Of a stretch of DNA of 64,000 bases, positions 57,266 through 64,000 are shown piece after piece; the stretch's first letter is position 1; each line of letters opens with the position of its first letter. A program made the translations under genes and the position numbers. The notes below the pieces were generated by a model. That model made no database searches, was not told the DNA's origin, and saw only the letters and a program-made list of their open reading frames with translations. The DNA lies in assembly GCA_009694735.1 (NCBI GenBank), contig SHUG01000002.1, positions 6,533-70,532 of the forward strand, in the 5' to 3' direction. The stretch comes from Acidobacteriota bacterium (GTDB taxonomy: Bacteria > Acidobacteriota > Vicinamibacteria > Vicinamibacterales > UBA2999).

Positions 57266-59426
57266 TCCGCGTGGCGCGGGCGAGCGCGTTTTCGAGCTTC
57301 TTTTTCTGCAGGGGCTTGCTCAGGTGATCGTCCATGCCCGCCGCCAGGCACTCGAGGCGATCGTCCTCGAACGCGTTGGCGGTCAGGGCGACGATGCGGG
57401 GCCGGTGGCCGATGGGGTGTTCCGCCAGAATCTGGCGGGTGGCATCCAGGCCGTCGAGTTCCGGCATTTGTAGATCCATCAGCACCACGTCGTACCGCAC
57501 CTGGCGCACGGCCTTGACGGCCTCGAGCCCGTTGGCCACCAGGTCGGCGCGATAGCCGAGGCGATCGAGCATCAGGAGCGCAATCTTCTGGTTCACGAAG
57601 TTGTCTTCCGCCACCAGCACGCGCAGCGGGTGGCGATCCGCCATCCGCGGCAGCGACATGATGTCGGACGCCGGCCGCTCTGGCGCCGGGTCTGGCGCCA
57701 GGAGATCCGACACCGCGTTATACAGGCGCGACGCTCGGACCGGCTTGGTCAACGCCGCTGCGAAGGCGTCGTTGGGCCCGAACTCCGGGCGGCTGAGCGA
57801 CGATAACAGGATCAGCGGTGGCGTGCCGCCGCCAAGTTGGTTGCGGATCTCGGCGGCCAGCCCGAACCCGTCCATCTCGGGCATCTGCATGTCGACCAGG
57901 GCGAGATCGAACCGCTGACCCTCGCCGATCCACGCCAGTGCTTCGCGTCCCGAGGCGGCCGCGGTCGCCGCCAGTCCCCACGATTCAAACTGGCGGAGCA
58001 GCGACCGCCGGGTCGCGGCGTGATCATCCACGATCAGCACGCGCCGGCCCGCCAGATGCTGTTGATCGCCGCCGGCCGCCACGCCCTGGTTCACGGTCTT
58101 GGGCGCGCGCGCGGGGCCAGCGGCCGCCTGGATCACGAACGAGACGCGGGTGCCCTTGCCAAACTCGCTTTCGACCCAGATGCGGCCGCCCAGCAGCTTG
58201 GCGAGCTGTTGGGAGATCGCCAGGCCCAGCCCGGTGCCGCCGTACTTGCGCGTCGTCGACGCGTCGACCTGGCTGAACGAATCAAACAGCGTGGCGATCC
58301 CGCCCGCCGGAATGCCGATGCCGGTGTCTTCGACAACGAACGTGACGTCGAGCAGGGCCGAGGCCGGCAGCGGCACGGCGCTGACGGTCACCGAAACGTC
58401 GCCGGCGTGGGTGAACTTCACCGCATTGCCCAGCAGGTTGACCAGAATCTGCCGAATGCGCCCACCGTCGCTGACGATCACCGACGGCACTGACGGTTCA
58501 ATCTGGTGGCTGAGGTTGAGGCCCTTGGTCTCGGCCAGTGCCGCGACCAGGTCGAGCGCGTCCTCGACGCAACCTTGCGGCTCAAACGGCTGCCGCTCCA
58601 AATCCAGCTTGCCGGCGTCGATCTTCGAGAAATCCAGGATGTCGTTGATGATCGCCAGCAGGCCGTCGCCACTCGATCGAATGGTCTCGACGTACTCGCG
58701 CTGCTGGGCGCTGAGCTTGGTGTCGAGCAGCAGGCTGGTCATGCCGATCACGCCGTTCATGGGCGTGCGAATCTCGTGGCTCATGCTCGCCAGGAACGTG
58801 GTCTTGGCGAGCCCCGCGGCTTCGGCCGCGGTCTTGGCCGACTCCAATTGCCGGTTCGAGTCGCGTATGTCGTCGCGCAGCTTGCTCACGTAGCCACCCA
58901 TCGCCGCGAACCATGGCAGTGTCACCGCGAGCACGATCGGCTTGAGGATCTCGTCCTCCATCGCGACGACGCCCGGCTTGAAGCGATCGAGCGCCAGCAC
59001 CTGCACGCCGTACGCGAGAATCGCGGTAACCGCGAGCAGCACCAACTGCCGGGTGCGCAGCTTGAACACGCCGAACAGCAACGCCATCAGGAACACCAGC
59101 AGCAGGGCCCCGCGTCCGCGATCGGCGTAGTACATGATCTACGCCATCGTGACGATGGACGAAGCCACTTGCGGGGCGGTGAGGCTGGGGTCGCTGAAGC
59201 GGAGGTTGAAGCCACTGCGGATCGCGATGAAGAACACCGCGATCCAGAGCAGGATGAGGGCGGTGCCCTGCACCAGCCCGGTCCATTCGAGCCCGCCGAA
59301 CGCGTAGGTAATGCCCAGCAGGGCAATCACCATCAGCGACGTGCCGGCCGCCATCAGGAAGCGGCGGGTTCTCAGTGCCTGGCGATCGTCGCCGTCCCCT
59401 GACTGCACCCGACGAGAATACGTCAT
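57249..59426 (-). pseudogene. hybrid sensor histidine kinase (membrane N-domain, HisKA, HATPase, two receiver domains) with an in-frame TAG at 59139-59141
   Basis: H-box SHEIRTPMNG, G-boxes, and two REC domains (…VDDH…, …VAEDN…). ORF 59139..59426 (TM segments) is in the same frame as 57249..59135, separated by TAG-ATC. Confidence 0.8.
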
Positions 59427-59442
59427 TGCGACGCCAATCGGG

Positions 59443-60489
59443 TCAGGGCGTGTCGCGCTGGCGCTCGGTCAACTCATACCGCCCGGGTGCCAGCCGCGTC
59501 GCGAAGCCTTCGGCCACCAGGGCCAGGTTGCCGCGGCCGGCCTCGGTGCGCGACAGACCGGTCACGCGTGCCAGCTCACCCGGAATCGTCATGCCCGCTC
59601 CCGCGAGAAAGCAGCGCGCGATCTCCCGGACGGCAACGTCACGTGTCACGCGCTGGCGCAACGCGTCTGGAAACCGGCCAACAGCCAGGGTCCAGATGTA
59701 GGTGAACCTGGGCAAGTAGAGCACTTCGCTCGGCATGACGATCATCGCCGCTTGCAGTTCGTCGATGCCCCTGGTGAACGCCTGGCGGTCGCCGACACCG
59801 GACTCCGTGCGCAGGTCGCCGGTGCTCATCTCCCATTCCTTGCGGAGGACTTTCAGGATGGCTTGTGCATGCTTGCTGAGTCGCGCCGGTTCATCCGCTC
59901 GCCGCATGCCCCAAATGGCGTGGAAGTAGGGAATTATCCGCGGTGCGATGAACGTGGCCTTGCCGCGCGCCAGCTTGCCGTAATACACCTTGCCGCGCCT
60001 GATGACATCGTCTTTTACCACCCAGGTCAGTGACGCCTCGGGATCCTTCTGCACGTTGCGTGGCATCACCGCGTCGCGCCGCCCGCACACCGCCACGTAG
60101 AGCGACGGCCCGGGTTTGCGCGAGTCGGTCAGGCAGGCCGCGAAGCCGACCTGCTCGATGAAGCGCTCGGCGTCGGTGGCGGATTCGACCTGGCGCGCGC
60201 CTTCGCGGCGCCAGCGCTGGTCGCGGTGCTCTTCGAAGCGGTCTGAAATCCGTGCCTTGGGTGTCATCAGAGTCGGCGCGTAGTTACTACCGGGGCGTGC
60301 GCACGGCCCAGCGCAACTTCGCCGGCGCGGCCCGCCGGTTGGCGAAGTGTCGATCGGTGTCTGCTTCAGCAGACTGGCAATGAGTTGGGCGTGCGGTTCA
60401 TCGGCGTTCTCGCTGAGCAGGGACGCCAGGTGTGCCTCGCTCATTTCGCTGCAGGACAACGATCCGGTTGGTATTGGTCCCTTTGGCAT
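59443..60489 (-). CDS. hypothetical protein (possible winged-helix protein), start uncertain
   Basis: Coding-like GC3. Alternative ATGs at 60444 and 60267 would reduce the 92-nt overlap with the methyltransferase gene. I recognise no motif with confidence. Confidence 0.5.
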   Translation of the reverse strand: MPKGPIPTGSLSCSEMSEAHLASLLSENADEPHAQLIASLLKQTPIDTSPTGGPRRRSCAGPCARPGSNYAPTLMTPKARISDRFEEHRDQRWRREGARQVESATDAERFIEQVGFAACLTDSRKPGPSLYVAVCGRRDAVMPRNVQKDPEASLTWVVKDDVIRRGKVYYGKLARGKATFIAPRIIPYFHAIWGMRRADEPARLSKHAQAILKVLRKEWEMSTGDLRTESGVGDRQAFTRGIDELQAAMIVMPSEVLYLPRFTYIWTLAVGRFPDALRQRVTRDVAVREIARCFLAGAGMTIPGELARVTGLSRTEAGRGNLALVAEGFATRLAPGRYELTERQRDTP

Positions 60490-61705
60490 TGTTCTTGACG
60501 CCCCAGCAGTTTGCCGTCTTGGTGAATTCCTGCTGGTTCACCATCACAAACAGGCGATCGAATGGGAGCCCTTCGGCGGCATCCCATACCAGACGTTCAA
60601 GAAGAACCTTGCCGTTGCGGACTTCGCCCACCTCGAAGGCGACGTGCCCGCCCGGCTGAACAACCCGCGCCAGTTCGGTCAGCGTGTCGCGGACCATGTG
60701 CTGCCATCCCACCTCGGTCCGGTGGTGCGCGATGGCGACGCTCGTCACATCGATGCCCGCGAACCAGCTTCGCAGCCAGTTGTCCTCGGCGTATTGCACA
60801 ATGTCGAGGAACGGTGGCGAGGTCACGACCAACTGAACCGAACCGCTGGCAATCGCCGGGGTCGATTGCGCTGTGCCAGTGGTCAACAGCGATGGTGGGT
60901 GGGATGCCATTGGGCCGTCGCTGAGCAGCGACGCGGTTTTCTTCAGAATCAGCGCCTTGACGTCGCGGTCAGGGGGTGTCTGTCCCCTCCGCTCATTGAT
61001 CCTGCGCTGCGACTGAGCGGACACCGCTTGATTGGGCGGAAGTGTGTAGACCGAGAAGAAGCCCGGTGAATGGCCGGACAATCGGTTGATGGCCACCATC
61101 CTGATCCAGTCGTCAACGGGGTCTGGCGTGCCGGTCAATGGCGCTCGTTCAATGAGCCACTTGCGGAGCGCGCCGATGTGACGCAGTGTCCGCGTGCTGT
61201 AGAAAGCGAGGAGGTCTGGCTGATCGATCTCGCCTTCATCCCATTTGATTTGGTCCAGCCTGCGGGCAACTTCGGTGACCGCCGGTGGTTCTAATCGGGG
61301 CCGAGTGAACAGAACACTCAAGGGATTGATGTCGTTGCCGATCGGTCGTCGGCCCAGGAGTGCGGCTTGTACAGGAGTGGTCCCGCGCCCCATGAACGGA
61401 TCGTAGACGGCGTCCCCGGCCTTCGTGAGACGCGTGATGAAAAACTCGGGAAGCTGTGGCTTGAAGCAAGCCCGGTAGCTCACCTCGTGAATCGAATGAG
61501 CCTGACGCTGTCCAGCGGTCCAGAATTCGTTGATGAGATAAGGAATCTCGCCTTCGCTGACCTGCGTCGACGACTGACCAAATTGACTGAACTCTTGAAC
61601 GAGATCGACGAATGGCCGTGGCGCTTCGGGGCTAATGGGTTCCGGCAAGGCCGAATCCGGCTCGAACAAGGGAAGCCTATGAGGAGCCGAACGAACCACT
61701 TGCAA
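60398..61705 (-). CDS. SAM-dependent DNA methyltransferase (N6-adenine/N4-cytosine type)
   Basis: The SAM-binding block [11 protein letters not shown] lies upstream of the catalytic TSPPF tetrapeptide. The TTG start is from the track. Confidence 0.78.
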   Translation of the reverse strand: MQVVRSAPHRLPLFEPDSALPEPISPEAPRPFVDLVQEFSQFGQSSTQVSEGEIPYLINEFWTAGQRQAHSIHEVSYRACFKPQLPEFFITRLTKAGDAVYDPFMGRGTTPVQAALLGRRPIGNDINPLSVLFTRPRLEPPAVTEVARRLDQIKWDEGEIDQPDLLAFYSTRTLRHIGALRKWLIERAPLTGTPDPVDDWIRMVAINRLSGHSPGFFSVYTLPPNQAVSAQSQRRINERRGQTPPDRDVKALILKKTASLLSDGPMASHPPSLLTTGTAQSTPAIASGSVQLVVTSPPFLDIVQYAEDNWLRSWFAGIDVTSVAIAHHRTEVGWQHMVRDTLTELARVVQPGGHVAFEVGEVRNGKVLLERLVWDAAEGLPFDRLFVMVNQQEFTKTANCWGVKNNAKGTNTNRIVVLQRNERGTPGVPAQRERR

Positions 61706-61815
61706 ATTCTAGCCGACTTCCGGAACCGACGTCGGCCGAGACCGCGAGCCGGTATCGTCATGGAGCGGTGAAGGCAGACCACGCGGGGGCCCACCTTCAC
61801 CGTGCCGATCGACTC

Positions 61816-63638
61816 TTATTTGTCGTTGTGGAGCTCGACGAACTCGAAGCCGTAGTGGCCTGTCCCGAGCGCGTCCGAGAACTCATGGATGACCATCCCC
61901 TTGACGCAGCCGGCTGCCGCTCCGGACCCGGGCGTGCCGGCCGACGAGGCAAGAATGTTCCAGCTGCTCGACAGGTTCGCCGCAAGACATGGATCCTTGC
62001 GTTGGATGCTCTGCCCGGCTGACGAGCTCATGCTGATGGTCGCGCCGTCGATCTTCGTGCCGGCGGCGTTGTCGAGCGTGTAGTTCTCCGATCCGTTGAT
62101 CACCGGCAGCGCGTCCGCCGAGTTGATATAGACGACGTTGGCCGGCAGCGTGACACCCCAGAACGTCTCGAACGCGGACTTCGTGGCGTTGCGGCCCACG
62201 ACCACATAGCCGTTCCCCTGCACGATCTTCCAAATCGACCGATCCTGGCTCGTCGCGCTGTTGACAGTTACCGGCACAGAGGCTGTGTGGCGTGTTGCCA
62301 GCGCCGTCGTATGCCTTCGACGTCAGAACTGTGGGAGCCGTTGGGCGTGGCGGTCGTGTTCCAGCTCCAGGCGTAGCCCGCCGTCGTGTCGGTCGCCTGC
62401 AGCACGCCATCGAGATAGAACTCGACCTTTGTCACGACGACATTATCACCGGCGCTTGCGGTGACCGAGATGGTGCCCGACACGGTGGCGCCGCTCGCGG
62501 GCGACGTGATCGATGTCGTCGGCGGGATGGTATCGGGCAGCGCCCCACCGTCGTCCAGCGCAAACGTTCGCGGCAGCCCGGCGGCCGCAACCTCATTCGG
62601 TCCCTGCGCCACCGCGCCGTTGGCGGACACCGTGAATCCCGTCGCGCCGTCGGTCGTGACCTTGATGTCGCCGACGCTGTAACCCATGAAGCTCGTTAGC
62701 GATCCAGTCGGGCTGCCTTCTTCAGTCTGCAGCACGAACGCCGCGGGAGCCGTGATGCAGGACGTTGCCTGCGACAGCAGCACGTGCTCCAGGATGTCGA
62801 TGCGCGGAAAATCCCACCCCGGGCTCTGCCCGGCGCCAGTGCCGATCAGCGCAACTGCCGGGCGGGACATGTTCATCCAGTTCATATTGGTGCTGCTCTC
62901 GCTGCCGTGATGACTCGCTTCAAGCACGTCGATGCCGCCGGTGCTGATCAGCGGAAACGCTCCGCCAGGCGAGATCGCGGTGATGACCGCCGATTCGACG
63001 TCAACCTGCGTCGTCGATCGCCCGGTGCATGCCGTGTCGATGGAGCCGCCGCCCAGATCGCTCGCCCAGAGGTAGTCGAAGCCGCCGTGCTTCACGAGCA
63101 CCGCGATCGAACGATCGTTCTCGTTTGACACGGAGACGCTGCCGCCGCCGACGATGCTGCCGTTGACGGCAATGAACGTGAGCGTGGCGCCGTTGCCGAG
63201 CGGGACCTGATCGCCGACGAGAGGCGCGCGCGGCACGCCGGCCGTGGTCGTGCCTGCCGCGGTGTTCCAGCCGGTCACACAGCTCGATGAATACGACGAT
63301 CCGTTGTCATAGTTGGTGACGCGGACGTTGTCGCCGGCGTTCACGACTTCGTCCATGCCGCCGTTGTGGTCGCAGTGCTGGTGGCCAACGATGGTGTAAT
63401 CGAGTCCCGCGGCGGGCGTGATGCCGATGGACTGCAAGTACGGGACGACATCGGCGGTGCCCCTGCCGGTGTTGCCGGCCTCGAGCAGCACGGTCGTGCC
63501 GTCCGGGCCTTTCACCAGCACCGACATTCCCCACCCGACGTTGATCTGATGAATCTCCAGTTGCCGCGCCGCCGCGGTGGTGGCAACCAGCAGCCACGCA
63601 ACCATGATGGCGAACGTAGTGACAAGGCGCTGACGCAT
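61816..63638 (-). pseudogene. secreted MBL-fold hydrolase / Ig-like / lamin-tail-domain protein, two frameshifts and a truncated 3' end
   Basis: ATG at 63638 with an AGGAGG ribosome-binding site and a signal peptide, plus the HQHCDH metallo-beta-lactamase motif. The Ig-like domain reads …NGSH (frame 1), VLTSKAYDGAGNT (frame 2), ASVPVTVNS (frame 3). It ends inside an LTD start (…FEFVELHNDK*). Confidence 0.7.
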
Positions 63639-63840
63639 GCTGATCCTCCTGTGGCGACAGTCCGTCGCCGGATGCATGCGTCAGATAGTCAGGGCCGCGC
63701 GCGACAGTCAGATCTCGCGACGATGACGTCGGTGCAAAATCGATCGTCCAGGTTGAAAAGGGATTGAACTACTTGGGGAGGATGAGGGCTTGAGACCCGT
63801 CCGCCTTCAGCAATAGTCACGAATATGTTACCTTGAAGGT

Positions 63841-64000
63841 GTGACGCTTCGCGTCGAGGAGTACGTCCGTGAGGATGGGTCGGTCCCGTTCAAGGGCTGG
63901 TTCGAGCGACTCGACTCGCACGCGGCGGCGAAGGTGGCGACGGCCGTGACTCGGCTGAGTTTGAGAAACACGTCCAACGTAAAATGGTTCAGCGGTATTG
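63841..64000 (+). CDS. RelE/HigB-like addiction-module killer protein (3' end outside window)
   Basis: …YVREDGSVPFKGWFERLDSHAAAKVATAVTRL… matches the conserved N-terminal pattern of this toxin family from memory. Confidence 0.65.
   Translation, partial: MTLRVEEYVREDGSVPFKGWFERLDSHAAAKVATAVTRLSLRNTSNVKWFSGI

Overview
High-GC bacterial chromosomal window. The gene content looks Acidobacteriota-like (inference): a PadR regulator with duplicated orphan FtsX/MacB-type permeases, a BlaR1-TonB fusion and futalosine-pathway menaquinone genes. I call about 60 protein genes. Housekeeping and metabolic calls are lon, rluD-lgt-lspA-ileS, an M16 peptidase pair, prmC-prfA, moaDE, thiD, bioY, class I fumarase, erpA and mqnBD, plus two PQQ quinohemoprotein dehydrogenases, a TonB-dependent receptor, a YeeE/YedE protein and a CPA2 antiporter. 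There is also an ECF sigma/anti-sigma operon with a secreted matrixin, a vapBC pair, a partial HigB/RelE-like toxin and a DNA methyltransferase module. The only RNA gene I can support is tRNA-Sec (selC, 31209-31304). It is followed by a small, lower-GC, decayed integrase island. No rRNA and no CRISPR array were seen. The ORF track uses alternative start codons and contains many long antisense shadow ORFs typical of high-GC DNA, which I ignored. The most unusual signal is a dispersed family of G-rich heptanucleotide tandem arrays (GGGATCG/GGGATCA/GGGATCC, with related GGGCTTG and GGACTGG variants). They sit exactly at gene junctions at 6 or more loci, with up to 14 perfect copies upstream of the TonB-dependent receptor. 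They match the G-quadruplex motif, carry GATC in every unit, and one abuts a truncated blaI. Other items worth a second look are a Fur-diiron (rubrerythrin-like) fusion regulator, an ABC-ATPase homolog with all catalytic motifs degenerate, a MITE-like inverted-repeat element abutting a permease gene fragment, and REP-like hairpins. The window also has an unusually high density of gene lesions: two in-frame TAG, one in-frame TGA next to selC, three frameshifts and several truncations. All calls rest on reading translations and sequence by eye; no database search was run.
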